From the NCBI GenBank assembly GCA_000004985.1, contig GG738866.1: DNA of 64,000 nt; one strand, written 5' to 3'. Each line of letters begins with the position of its first letter. Position 1 is the stretch's first letter. Origin of the DNA: Naegleria gruberi. Its lineage: Eukaryota. Positions 42,048 through 55,000 of the stretch are shown here, one piece after another. The notes under the pieces were generated by a model that was given only the letters and a program-made list of their open reading frames with translations, made no database searches and had not been told where the DNA came from. Both the position numbers and the translations under genes were made by a program.

Positions 42048-42249
42048 GGGTGGCTCCAAAACTGACGGATAGTGCAATGTCTGCTTGAAACCTACCAAAG
42101 GGTGCTCTCAACTTGTTTCCAAGGAGGCACACCTCTGGACCCGACAAAAAATTGAGTTAATAGTAAACGCGCCCCGTAGGACGCTTTCAGCTATTAAACT
42201 GAAAAGAACAGATACTACACTCGATCAAAGCCAAAAGGCCGAGAAAGAT
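42048..42249 (-). ncRNA. U2: U2 spliceosomal snRNA, second copy.
   Basis: Identical to 4917..5118 at offset 37131. Confidence 0.85.
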
Positions 42250-42705
42250 GTTTTGTAGAAAAGGCTTACCAGTAGTGTATAAATGCCATTTCAAAGTGGC
42301 TTTGTTGGTGGAGAAAATTTGTGGGATTTGAATATTTTTAAACAAGTTTGAAAATAAAATTGTGAGGAATGAAAAAGCCATCACATACCTTTCATTGATC
42401 CATATGTTCAGTTACAAAGCTTTTAGTTCTTTATTGGCTTCGTCTTTCATGATCACTGGAGCGGAAAGAAGAAAAGCGTTTCGTTTGAACATGTGCTTCG
42501 CTTCACATAGAACAAAGCAAACTTGGTACTACCTAGGTATTGTTCTTGTGATGTCATATTGATGACATCGATTGATGGTGCGAAGATCGTTGTCGGCTGT
42601 TTTTTTTTTATTATTTAAAATAATTTGTTAACGGTAATATTTTTAAAATTACCAAACTTAACACTAGAGGGTATATTAAACCTTTTATTTTACAATTAAT
42701 GTGCT

Positions 42706-42776
42706 CGTCTCGTGGTGTAATGGTAGCATAGTGGACTTTGAATCCATTGACGGAGGTTCGATTCCTCCCGAGACGG
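42706..42776 (+). tRNA. tRNA-Gln(UUG), second copy.
   Basis: Identical to 5575..5645 at offset 37131. Confidence 0.85.
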
Positions 42777-43058
42777 TAAACGTGGCGAGCCATGAAATTT
42801 TTATTTTCAAATTGTTCAAATTGATGCATCACTTGTATGTTAATTTTGATGATACTCCAGTTCACTCCATCAATTCCACACAAAATTTCTCCATTAAGCT
42901 GAAATACCGTACTCAACGGTCCAAAATGAACACTTTTACAAAAACTGAAACAGCCCATTCAATGATTCACTTTGCACAATTTGCTATCCACGCAAACGCT
43001 CCCAACACCAAGATTTCAAAGATTTCGCAGCAAACCAAAATCCAAATAAAAAAAATAA

Positions 43059-46000
43059 NNNNNNNNNNNNNNNNNNNNNNNNNNNNNNNNNNNNNNNNNN
43101 NNNNNNNNNNNNNNNNNNNNNNNNNNNNNNNNNNNNNNNNNNNNNNNNNNNNNNNNNNNNNNNNNNNNNNNNNNNNNNNNNNNNNNNNNNNNNNNNNNNN
43201 NNNNNNNNNNNNNNNNNNNNNNNNNNNNNNNNNNNNNNNNNNNNNNNNNNNNNNNNNNNNNNNNNNNNNNNNNNNNNNNNNNNNNNNNNNNNNNNNNNNN
43301 NNNNNNNNNNNNNNNNNNNNNNNNNNNNNNNNNNNNNNNNNNNNNNNNNNNNNNNNNNNNNNNNNNNNNNNNNNNNNNNNNNNNNNNNNNNNNNNNNNNN
43401 NNNNNNNNNNNNNNNNNNNNNNNNNNNNNNNNNNNNNNNNNNNNNNNNNNNNNNNNNNNNNNNNNNNNNNNNNNNNNNNNNNNNNNNNNNNNNNNNNNNN
43501 NNNNNNNNNNNNNNNNNNNNNNNNNNNNNNNNNNNNNNNNNNNNNNNNNNNNNNNNNNNNNNNNNNNNNNNNNNNNNNNNNNNNNNNNNNNNNNNNNNNN
43601 NNNNNNNNNNNNNNNNNNNNNNNNNNNNNNNNNNNNNNNNNNNNNNNNNNNNNNNNNNNNNNNNNNNNNNNNNNNNNNNNNNNNNNNNNNNNNNNNNNNN
43701 NNNNNNNNNNNNNNNNNNNNNNNNNNNNNNNNNNNNNNNNNNNNNNNNNNNNNNNNNNNNNNNNNNNNNNNNNNNNNNNNNNNNNNNNNNNNNNNNNNNN
43801 NNNNNNNNNNNNNNNNNNNNNNNNNNNNNNNNNNNNNNNNNNNNNNNNNNNNNNNNNNNNNNNNNNNNNNNNNNNNNNNNNNNNNNNNNNNNNNNNNNNN
43901 NNNNNNNNNNNNNNNNNNNNNNNNNNNNNNNNNNNNNNNNNNNNNNNNNNNNNNNNNNNNNNNNNNNNNNNNNNNNNNNNNNNNNNNNNNNNNNNNNNNN
44001 NNNNNNNNNNNNNNNNNNNNNNNNNNNNNNNNNNNNNNNNNNNNNNNNNNNNNNNNNNNNNNNNNNNNNNNNNNNNNNNNNNNNNNNNNNNNNNNNNNNN
44101 NNNNNNNNNNNNNNNNNNNNNNNNNNNNNNNNNNNNNNNNNNNNNNNNNNNNNNNNNNNNNNNNNNNNNNNNNNNNNNNNNNNNNNNNNNNNNNNNNNNN
44201 NNNNNNNNNNNNNNNNNNNNNNNNNNNNNNNNNNNNNNNNNNNNNNNNNNNNNNNNNNNNNNNNNNNNNNNNNNNNNNNNNNNNNNNNNNNNNNNNNNNN
44301 NNNNNNNNNNNNNNNNNNNNNNNNNNNNNNNNNNNNNNNNNNNNNNNNNNNNNNNNNNNNNNNNNNNNNNNNNNNNNNNNNNNNNNNNNNNNNNNNNNNN
44401 NNNNNNNNNNNNNNNNNNNNNNNNNNNNNNNNNNNNNNNNNNNNNNNNNNNNNNNNNNNNNNNNNNNNNNNNNNNNNNNNNNNNNNNNNNNNNNNNNNNN
44501 NNNNNNNNNNNNNNNNNNNNNNNNNNNNNNNNNNNNNNNNNNNNNNNNNNNNNNNNNNNNNNNNNNNNNNNNNNNNNNNNNNNNNNNNNNNNNNNNNNNN
44601 NNNNNNNNNNNNNNNNNNNNNNNNNNNNNNNNNNNNNNNNNNNNNNNNNNNNNNNNNNNNNNNNNNNNNNNNNNNNNNNNNNNNNNNNNNNNNNNNNNNN
44701 NNNNNNNNNNNNNNNNNNNNNNNNNNNNNNNNNNNNNNNNNNNNNNNNNNNNNNNNNNNNNNNNNNNNNNNNNNNNNNNNNNNNNNNNNNNNNNNNNNNN
44801 NNNNNNNNNNNNNNNNNNNNNNNNNNNNNNNNNNNNNNNNNNNNNNNNNNNNNNNNNNNNNNNNNNNNNNNNNNNNNNNNNNNNNNNNNNNNNNNNNNNN
44901 NNNNNNNNNNNNNNNNNNNNNNNNNNNNNNNNNNNNNNNNNNNNNNNNNNNNNNNNNNNNNNNNNNNNNNNNNNNNNNNNNNNNNNNNNNNNNNNNNNNN
45001 NNNNNNNNNNNNNNNNNNNNNNNNNNNNNNNNNNNNNNNNNNNNNNNNNNNNNNNNNNNNNNNNNNNNNNNNNNNNNNNNNNNNNNNNNNNNNNNNNNNN
45101 NNNNNNNNNNNNNNNNNNNNNNNNNNNNNNNNNNNNNNNNNNNNNNNNNNNNNNNNNNNNNNNNNNNNNNNNNNNNNNNNNNNNNNNNNNNNNNNNNNNN
45201 NNNNNNNNNNNNNNNNNNNNNNNNNNNNNNNNNNNNNNNNNNNNNNNNNNNNNNNNNNNNNNNNNNNNNNNNNNNNNNNNNNNNNNNNNNNNNNNNNNNN
45301 NNNNNNNNNNNNNNNNNNNNNNNNNNNNNNNNNNNNNNNNNNNNNNNNNNNNNNNNNNNNNNNNNNNNNNNNNNNNNNNNNNNNNNNNNNNNNNNNNNNN
45401 NNNNNNNNNNNNNNNNNNNNNNNNNNNNNNNNNNNNNNNNNNNNNNNNNNNNNNNNNNNNNNNNNNNNNNNNNNNNNNNNNNNNNNNNNNNNNNNNNNNN
45501 NNNNNNNNNNNNNNNNNNNNNNNNNNNNNNNNNNNNNNNNNNNNNNNNNNNNNNNNNNNNNNNNNNNNNNNNNNNNNNNNNNNNNNNNNNNNNNNNNNNN
45601 NNNNNNNNNNNNNNNNNNNNNNNNNNNNNNNNNNNNNNNNNNNNNNNNNNNNNNNNNNNNNNNNNNNNNNNNNNNNNNNNNNNNNNNNNNNNNNNNNNNN
45701 NNNNNNNNNNNNNNNNNNNNNNNNNNNNNNNNNNNNNNNNNNNNNNNNNNNNNNNNNNNNNNNNNNNNNNNNNNNNNNNNNNNNNNNNNNNNNNNNNNNN
45801 NNNNNNNNNNNNNNNNNNNNNNNNNNNNNNNNNNNNNNNNNNNNNNNNNNNNNNNNNNNNNNNNNNNNNNNNNNNNNNNNNNNNNNNNNNNNNNNNNNNN
45901 NNNNNNNNNNNNNNNNNNNNNNNNNNNNNNNNNNNNNNNNNNNNNNNNNNNNNNNNNNNNNNNNNNNNNNNNNNNNNNNNNNNNNNNNNNNNNNNNNNNN

Positions 46001-49000
46001 NNNNNNNNNNNNNNNNNNNNNNNNNNNNNNNNNNNNNNNNNNNNNNNNNNNNNNNNNNNNNNNNNNNNNNNNNNNNNNNNNNNNNNNNNNNNNNNNNNNN
46101 NNNNNNNNNNNNNNNNNNNNNNNNNNNNNNNNNNNNNNNNNNNNNNNNNNNNNNNNNNNNNNNNNNNNNNNNNNNNNNNNNNNNNNNNNNNNNNNNNNNN
46201 NNNNNNNNNNNNNNNNNNNNNNNNNNNNNNNNNNNNNNNNNNNNNNNNNNNNNNNNNNNNNNNNNNNNNNNNNNNNNNNNNNNNNNNNNNNNNNNNNNNN
46301 NNNNNNNNNNNNNNNNNNNNNNNNNNNNNNNNNNNNNNNNNNNNNNNNNNNNNNNNNNNNNNNNNNNNNNNNNNNNNNNNNNNNNNNNNNNNNNNNNNNN
46401 NNNNNNNNNNNNNNNNNNNNNNNNNNNNNNNNNNNNNNNNNNNNNNNNNNNNNNNNNNNNNNNNNNNNNNNNNNNNNNNNNNNNNNNNNNNNNNNNNNNN
46501 NNNNNNNNNNNNNNNNNNNNNNNNNNNNNNNNNNNNNNNNNNNNNNNNNNNNNNNNNNNNNNNNNNNNNNNNNNNNNNNNNNNNNNNNNNNNNNNNNNNN
46601 NNNNNNNNNNNNNNNNNNNNNNNNNNNNNNNNNNNNNNNNNNNNNNNNNNNNNNNNNNNNNNNNNNNNNNNNNNNNNNNNNNNNNNNNNNNNNNNNNNNN
46701 NNNNNNNNNNNNNNNNNNNNNNNNNNNNNNNNNNNNNNNNNNNNNNNNNNNNNNNNNNNNNNNNNNNNNNNNNNNNNNNNNNNNNNNNNNNNNNNNNNNN
46801 NNNNNNNNNNNNNNNNNNNNNNNNNNNNNNNNNNNNNNNNNNNNNNNNNNNNNNNNNNNNNNNNNNNNNNNNNNNNNNNNNNNNNNNNNNNNNNNNNNNN
46901 NNNNNNNNNNNNNNNNNNNNNNNNNNNNNNNNNNNNNNNNNNNNNNNNNNNNNNNNNNNNNNNNNNNNNNNNNNNNNNNNNNNNNNNNNNNNNNNNNNNN
47001 NNNNNNNNNNNNNNNNNNNNNNNNNNNNNNNNNNNNNNNNNNNNNNNNNNNNNNNNNNNNNNNNNNNNNNNNNNNNNNNNNNNNNNNNNNNNNNNNNNNN
47101 NNNNNNNNNNNNNNNNNNNNNNNNNNNNNNNNNNNNNNNNNNNNNNNNNNNNNNNNNNNNNNNNNNNNNNNNNNNNNNNNNNNNNNNNNNNNNNNNNNNN
47201 NNNNNNNNNNNNNNNNNNNNNNNNNNNNNNNNNNNNNNNNNNNNNNNNNNNNNNNNNNNNNNNNNNNNNNNNNNNNNNNNNNNNNNNNNNNNNNNNNNNN
47301 NNNNNNNNNNNNNNNNNNNNNNNNNNNNNNNNNNNNNNNNNNNNNNNNNNNNNNNNNNNNNNNNNNNNNNNNNNNNNNNNNNNNNNNNNNNNNNNNNNNN
47401 NNNNNNNNNNNNNNNNNNNNNNNNNNNNNNNNNNNNNNNNNNNNNNNNNNNNNNNNNNNNNNNNNNNNNNNNNNNNNNNNNNNNNNNNNNNNNNNNNNNN
47501 NNNNNNNNNNNNNNNNNNNNNNNNNNNNNNNNNNNNNNNNNNNNNNNNNNNNNNNNNNNNNNNNNNNNNNNNNNNNNNNNNNNNNNNNNNNNNNNNNNNN
47601 NNNNNNNNNNNNNNNNNNNNNNNNNNNNNNNNNNNNNNNNNNNNNNNNNNNNNNNNNNNNNNNNNNNNNNNNNNNNNNNNNNNNNNNNNNNNNNNNNNNN
47701 NNNNNNNNNNNNNNNNNNNNNNNNNNNNNNNNNNNNNNNNNNNNNNNNNNNNNNNNNNNNNNNNNNNNNNNNNNNNNNNNNNNNNNNNNNNNNNNNNNNN
47801 NNNNNNNNNNNNNNNNNNNNNNNNNNNNNNNNNNNNNNNNNNNNNNNNNNNNNNNNNNNNNNNNNNNNNNNNNNNNNNNNNNNNNNNNNNNNNNNNNNNN
47901 NNNNNNNNNNNNNNNNNNNNNNNNNNNNNNNNNNNNNNNNNNNNNNNNNNNNNNNNNNNNNNNNNNNNNNNNNNNNNNNNNNNNNNNNNNNNNNNNNNNN
48001 NNNNNNNNNNNNNNNNNNNNNNNNNNNNNNNNNNNNNNNNNNNNNNNNNNNNNNNNNNNNNNNNNNNNNNNNNNNNNNNNNNNNNNNNNNNNNNNNNNNN
48101 NNNNNNNNNNNNNNNNNNNNNNNNNNNNNNNNNNNNNNNNNNNNNNNNNNNNNNNNNNNNNNNNNNNNNNNNNNNNNNNNNNNNNNNNNNNNNNNNNNNN
48201 NNNNNNNNNNNNNNNNNNNNNNNNNNNNNNNNNNNNNNNNNNNNNNNNNNNNNNNNNNNNNNNNNNNNNNNNNNNNNNNNNNNNNNNNNNNNNNNNNNNN
48301 NNNNNNNNNNNNNNNNNNNNNNNNNNNNNNNNNNNNNNNNNNNNNNNNNNNNNNNNNNNNNNNNNNNNNNNNNNNNNNNNNNNNNNNNNNNNNNNNNNNN
48401 NNNNNNNNNNNNNNNNNNNNNNNNNNNNNNNNNNNNNNNNNNNNNNNNNNNNNNNNNNNNNNNNNNNNNNNNNNNNNNNNNNNNNNNNNNNNNNNNNNNN
48501 NNNNNNNNNNNNNNNNNNNNNNNNNNNNNNNNNNNNNNNNNNNNNNNNNNNNNNNNNNNNNNNNNNNNNNNNNNNNNNNNNNNNNNNNNNNNNNNNNNNN
48601 NNNNNNNNNNNNNNNNNNNNNNNNNNNNNNNNNNNNNNNNNNNNNNNNNNNNNNNNNNNNNNNNNNNNNNNNNNNNNNNNNNNNNNNNNNNNNNNNNNNN
48701 NNNNNNNNNNNNNNNNNNNNNNNNNNNNNNNNNNNNNNNNNNNNNNNNNNNNNNNNNNNNNNNNNNNNNNNNNNNNNNNNNNNNNNNNNNNNNNNNNNNN
48801 NNNNNNNNNNNNNNNNNNNNNNNNNNNNNNNNNNNNNNNNNNNNNNNNNNNNNNNNNNNNNNNNNNNNNNNNNNNNNNNNNNNNNNNNNNNNNNNNNNNN
48901 NNNNNNNNNNNNNNNNNNNNNNNNNNNNNNNNNNNNNNNNNNNNNNNNNNNNNNNNNNNNNNNNNNNNNNNNNNNNNNNNNNNNNNNNNNNNNNNNNNNN

Positions 49001-52000
49001 NNNNNNNNNNNNNNNNNNNNNNNNNNNNNNNNNNNNNNNNNNNNNNNNNNNNNNNNNNNNNNNNNNNNNNNNNNNNNNNNNNNNNNNNNNNNNNNNNNNN
49101 NNNNNNNNNNNNNNNNNNNNNNNNNNNNNNNNNNNNNNNNNNNNNNNNNNNNNNNNNNNNNNNNNNNNNNNNNNNNNNNNNNNNNNNNNNNNNNNNNNNN
49201 NNNNNNNNNNNNNNNNNNNNNNNNNNNNNNNNNNNNNNNNNNNNNNNNNNNNNNNNNNNNNNNNNNNNNNNNNNNNNNNNNNNNNNNNNNNNNNNNNNNN
49301 NNNNNNNNNNNNNNNNNNNNNNNNNNNNNNNNNNNNNNNNNNNNNNNNNNNNNNNNNNNNNNNNNNNNNNNNNNNNNNNNNNNNNNNNNNNNNNNNNNNN
49401 NNNNNNNNNNNNNNNNNNNNNNNNNNNNNNNNNNNNNNNNNNNNNNNNNNNNNNNNNNNNNNNNNNNNNNNNNNNNNNNNNNNNNNNNNNNNNNNNNNNN
49501 NNNNNNNNNNNNNNNNNNNNNNNNNNNNNNNNNNNNNNNNNNNNNNNNNNNNNNNNNNNNNNNNNNNNNNNNNNNNNNNNNNNNNNNNNNNNNNNNNNNN
49601 NNNNNNNNNNNNNNNNNNNNNNNNNNNNNNNNNNNNNNNNNNNNNNNNNNNNNNNNNNNNNNNNNNNNNNNNNNNNNNNNNNNNNNNNNNNNNNNNNNNN
49701 NNNNNNNNNNNNNNNNNNNNNNNNNNNNNNNNNNNNNNNNNNNNNNNNNNNNNNNNNNNNNNNNNNNNNNNNNNNNNNNNNNNNNNNNNNNNNNNNNNNN
49801 NNNNNNNNNNNNNNNNNNNNNNNNNNNNNNNNNNNNNNNNNNNNNNNNNNNNNNNNNNNNNNNNNNNNNNNNNNNNNNNNNNNNNNNNNNNNNNNNNNNN
49901 NNNNNNNNNNNNNNNNNNNNNNNNNNNNNNNNNNNNNNNNNNNNNNNNNNNNNNNNNNNNNNNNNNNNNNNNNNNNNNNNNNNNNNNNNNNNNNNNNNNN
50001 NNNNNNNNNNNNNNNNNNNNNNNNNNNNNNNNNNNNNNNNNNNNNNNNNNNNNNNNNNNNNNNNNNNNNNNNNNNNNNNNNNNNNNNNNNNNNNNNNNNN
50101 NNNNNNNNNNNNNNNNNNNNNNNNNNNNNNNNNNNNNNNNNNNNNNNNNNNNNNNNNNNNNNNNNNNNNNNNNNNNNNNNNNNNNNNNNNNNNNNNNNNN
50201 NNNNNNNNNNNNNNNNNNNNNNNNNNNNNNNNNNNNNNNNNNNNNNNNNNNNNNNNNNNNNNNNNNNNNNNNNNNNNNNNNNNNNNNNNNNNNNNNNNNN
50301 NNNNNNNNNNNNNNNNNNNNNNNNNNNNNNNNNNNNNNNNNNNNNNNNNNNNNNNNNNNNNNNNNNNNNNNNNNNNNNNNNNNNNNNNNNNNNNNNNNNN
50401 NNNNNNNNNNNNNNNNNNNNNNNNNNNNNNNNNNNNNNNNNNNNNNNNNNNNNNNNNNNNNNNNNNNNNNNNNNNNNNNNNNNNNNNNNNNNNNNNNNNN
50501 NNNNNNNNNNNNNNNNNNNNNNNNNNNNNNNNNNNNNNNNNNNNNNNNNNNNNNNNNNNNNNNNNNNNNNNNNNNNNNNNNNNNNNNNNNNNNNNNNNNN
50601 NNNNNNNNNNNNNNNNNNNNNNNNNNNNNNNNNNNNNNNNNNNNNNNNNNNNNNNNNNNNNNNNNNNNNNNNNNNNNNNNNNNNNNNNNNNNNNNNNNNN
50701 NNNNNNNNNNNNNNNNNNNNNNNNNNNNNNNNNNNNNNNNNNNNNNNNNNNNNNNNNNNNNNNNNNNNNNNNNNNNNNNNNNNNNNNNNNNNNNNNNNNN
50801 NNNNNNNNNNNNNNNNNNNNNNNNNNNNNNNNNNNNNNNNNNNNNNNNNNNNNNNNNNNNNNNNNNNNNNNNNNNNNNNNNNNNNNNNNNNNNNNNNNNN
50901 NNNNNNNNNNNNNNNNNNNNNNNNNNNNNNNNNNNNNNNNNNNNNNNNNNNNNNNNNNNNNNNNNNNNNNNNNNNNNNNNNNNNNNNNNNNNNNNNNNNN
51001 NNNNNNNNNNNNNNNNNNNNNNNNNNNNNNNNNNNNNNNNNNNNNNNNNNNNNNNNNNNNNNNNNNNNNNNNNNNNNNNNNNNNNNNNNNNNNNNNNNNN
51101 NNNNNNNNNNNNNNNNNNNNNNNNNNNNNNNNNNNNNNNNNNNNNNNNNNNNNNNNNNNNNNNNNNNNNNNNNNNNNNNNNNNNNNNNNNNNNNNNNNNN
51201 NNNNNNNNNNNNNNNNNNNNNNNNNNNNNNNNNNNNNNNNNNNNNNNNNNNNNNNNNNNNNNNNNNNNNNNNNNNNNNNNNNNNNNNNNNNNNNNNNNNN
51301 NNNNNNNNNNNNNNNNNNNNNNNNNNNNNNNNNNNNNNNNNNNNNNNNNNNNNNNNNNNNNNNNNNNNNNNNNNNNNNNNNNNNNNNNNNNNNNNNNNNN
51401 NNNNNNNNNNNNNNNNNNNNNNNNNNNNNNNNNNNNNNNNNNNNNNNNNNNNNNNNNNNNNNNNNNNNNNNNNNNNNNNNNNNNNNNNNNNNNNNNNNNN
51501 NNNNNNNNNNNNNNNNNNNNNNNNNNNNNNNNNNNNNNNNNNNNNNNNNNNNNNNNNNNNNNNNNNNNNNNNNNNNNNNNNNNNNNNNNNNNNNNNNNNN
51601 NNNNNNNNNNNNNNNNNNNNNNNNNNNNNNNNNNNNNNNNNNNNNNNNNNNNNNNNNNNNNNNNNNNNNNNNNNNNNNNNNNNNNNNNNNNNNNNNNNNN
51701 NNNNNNNNNNNNNNNNNNNNNNNNNNNNNNNNNNNNNNNNNNNNNNNNNNNNNNNNNNNNNNNNNNNNNNNNNNNNNNNNNNNNNNNNNNNNNNNNNNNN
51801 NNNNNNNNNNNNNNNNNNNNNNNNNNNNNNNNNNNNNNNNNNNNNNNNNNNNNNNNNNNNNNNNNNNNNNNNNNNNNNNNNNNNNNNNNNNNNNNNNNNN
51901 NNNNNNNNNNNNNNNNNNNNNNNNNNNNNNNNNNNNNNNNNNNNNNNNNNNNNNNNNNNNNNNNNNNNNNNNNNNNNNNNNNNNNNNNNNNNNNNNNNNN

Positions 52001-55000
52001 NNNNNNNNNNNNNNNNNNNNNNNNNNNNNNNNNNNNNNNNNNNNNNNNNNNNNNNNNNNNNNNNNNNNNNNNNNNNNNNNNNNNNNNNNNNNNNNNNNNN
52101 NNNNNNNNNNNNNNNNNNNNNNNNNNNNNNNNNNNNNNNNNNNNNNNNNNNNNNNNNNNNNNNNNNNNNNNNNNNNNNNNNNNNNNNNNNNNNNNNNNNN
52201 NNNNNNNNNNNNNNNNNNNNNNNNNNNNNNNNNNNNNNNNNNNNNNNNNNNNNNNNNNNNNNNNNNNNNNNNNNNNNNNNNNNNNNNNNNNNNNNNNNNN
52301 NNNNNNNNNNNNNNNNNNNNNNNNNNNNNNNNNNNNNNNNNNNNNNNNNNNNNNNNNNNNNNNNNNNNNNNNNNNNNNNNNNNNNNNNNNNNNNNNNNNN
52401 NNNNNNNNNNNNNNNNNNNNNNNNNNNNNNNNNNNNNNNNNNNNNNNNNNNNNNNNNNNNNNNNNNNNNNNNNNNNNNNNNNNNNNNNNNNNNNNNNNNN
52501 NNNNNNNNNNNNNNNNNNNNNNNNNNNNNNNNNNNNNNNNNNNNNNNNNNNNNNNNNNNNNNNNNNNNNNNNNNNNNNNNNNNNNNNNNNNNNNNNNNNN
52601 NNNNNNNNNNNNNNNNNNNNNNNNNNNNNNNNNNNNNNNNNNNNNNNNNNNNNNNNNNNNNNNNNNNNNNNNNNNNNNNNNNNNNNNNNNNNNNNNNNNN
52701 NNNNNNNNNNNNNNNNNNNNNNNNNNNNNNNNNNNNNNNNNNNNNNNNNNNNNNNNNNNNNNNNNNNNNNNNNNNNNNNNNNNNNNNNNNNNNNNNNNNN
52801 NNNNNNNNNNNNNNNNNNNNNNNNNNNNNNNNNNNNNNNNNNNNNNNNNNNNNNNNNNNNNNNNNNNNNNNNNNNNNNNNNNNNNNNNNNNNNNNNNNNN
52901 NNNNNNNNNNNNNNNNNNNNNNNNNNNNNNNNNNNNNNNNNNNNNNNNNNNNNNNNNNNNNNNNNNNNNNNNNNNNNNNNNNNNNNNNNNNNNNNNNNNN
53001 NNNNNNNNNNNNNNNNNNNNNNNNNNNNNNNNNNNNNNNNNNNNNNNNNNNNNNNNNNNNNNNNNNNNNNNNNNNNNNNNNNNNNNNNNNNNNNNNNNNN
53101 NNNNNNNNNNNNNNNNNNNNNNNNNNNNNNNNNNNNNNNNNNNNNNNNNNNNNNNNNNNNNNNNNNNNNNNNNNNNNNNNNNNNNNNNNNNNNNNNNNNN
53201 NNNNNNNNNNNNNNNNNNNNNNNNNNNNNNNNNNNNNNNNNNNNNNNNNNNNNNNNNNNNNNNNNNNNNNNNNNNNNNNNNNNNNNNNNNNNNNNNNNNN
53301 NNNNNNNNNNNNNNNNNNNNNNNNNNNNNNNNNNNNNNNNNNNNNNNNNNNNNNNNNNNNNNNNNNNNNNNNNNNNNNNNNNNNNNNNNNNNNNNNNNNN
53401 NNNNNNNNNNNNNNNNNNNNNNNNNNNNNNNNNNNNNNNNNNNNNNNNNNNNNNNNNNNNNNNNNNNNNNNNNNNNNNNNNNNNNNNNNNNNNNNNNNNN
53501 NNNNNNNNNNNNNNNNNNNNNNNNNNNNNNNNNNNNNNNNNNNNNNNNNNNNNNNNNNNNNNNNNNNNNNNNNNNNNNNNNNNNNNNNNNNNNNNNNNNN
53601 NNNNNNNNNNNNNNNNNNNNNNNNNNNNNNNNNNNNNNNNNNNNNNNNNNNNNNNNNNNNNNNNNNNNNNNNNNNNNNNNNNNNNNNNNNNNNNNNNNNN
53701 NNNNNNNNNNNNNNNNNNNNNNNNNNNNNNNNNNNNNNNNNNNNNNNNNNNNNNNNNNNNNNNNNNNNNNNNNNNNNNNNNNNNNNNNNNNNNNNNNNNN
53801 NNNNNNNNNNNNNNNNNNNNNNNNNNNNNNNNNNNNNNNNNNNNNNNNNNNNNNNNNNNNNNNNNNNNNNNNNNNNNNNNNNNNNNNNNNNNNNNNNNNN
53901 NNNNNNNNNNNNNNNNNNNNNNNNNNNNNNNNNNNNNNNNNNNNNNNNNNNNNNNNNNNNNNNNNNNNNNNNNNNNNNNNNNNNNNNNNNNNNNNNNNNN
54001 NNNNNNNNNNNNNNNNNNNNNNNNNNNNNNNNNNNNNNNNNNNNNNNNNNNNNNNNNNNNNNNNNNNNNNNNNNNNNNNNNNNNNNNNNNNNNNNNNNNN
54101 NNNNNNNNNNNNNNNNNNNNNNNNNNNNNNNNNNNNNNNNNNNNNNNNNNNNNNNNNNNNNNNNNNNNNNNNNNNNNNNNNNNNNNNNNNNNNNNNNNNN
54201 NNNNNNNNNNNNNNNNNNNNNNNNNNNNNNNNNNNNNNNNNNNNNNNNNNNNNNNNNNNNNNNNNNNNNNNNNNNNNNNNNNNNNNNNNNNNNNNNNNNN
54301 NNNNNNNNNNNNNNNNNNNNNNNNNNNNNNNNNNNNNNNNNNNNNNNNNNNNNNNNNNNNNNNNNNNNNNNNNNNNNNNNNNNNNNNNNNNNNNNNNNNN
54401 NNNNNNNNNNNNNNNNNNNNNNNNNNNNNNNNNNNNNNNNNNNNNNNNNNNNNNNNNNNNNNNNNNNNNNNNNNNNNNNNNNNNNNNNNNNNNNNNNNNN
54501 NNNNNNNNNNNNNNNNNNNNNNNNNNNNNNNNNNNNNNNNNNNNNNNNNNNNNNNNNNNNNNNNNNNNNNNNNNNNNNNNNNNNNNNNNNNNNNNNNNNN
54601 NNNNNNNNNNNNNNNNNNNNNNNNNNNNNNNNNNNNNNNNNNNNNNNNNNNNNNNNNNNNNNNNNNNNNNNNNNNNNNNNNNNNNNNNNNNNNNNNNNNN
54701 NNNNNNNNNNNNNNNNNNNNNNNNNNNNNNNNNNNNNNNNNNNNNNNNNNNNNNNNNNNNNNNNNNNNNNNNNNNNNNNNNNNNNNNNNNNNNNNNNNNN
54801 NNNNNNNNNNNNNNNNNNNNNNNNNNNNNNNNNNNNNNNNNNNNNNNNNNNNNNNNNNNNNNNNNNNNNNNNNNNNNNNNNNNNNNNNNNNNNNNNNNNN
54901 NNNNNNNNNNNNNNNNNNNNNNNNNNNNNNNNNNNNNNNNNNNNNNNNNNNNNNNNNNNNNNNNNNNNNNNNNNNNNNNNNNNNNNNNNNNNNNNNNNNN

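Larger units (their letters stand above)
42033..43058. repeat. snRNA/tRNA module, copy 2 (U2 plus tRNA-Gln). It is a contig island bounded by gaps on both sides.
   Basis: Matches 4903..5925 base-for-base except for one internal substitution and the small edge differences noted under copy 1. Confidence 0.9.

Noticed and set aside
1-43058. Prokaryotic interpretation: operons, CRISPR array, defence island or phage.
   Set aside because: There are spliceosomal introns with GTAAGT donors and a U2 snRNA. There is a Pol III tRNA with A and B boxes and an oligo-T terminator. The gene content is eukaryote-only (Sec24, Arp, TTLL). There are no Shine-Dalgarno-linked polycistronic runs and no direct-repeat/spacer arrays.
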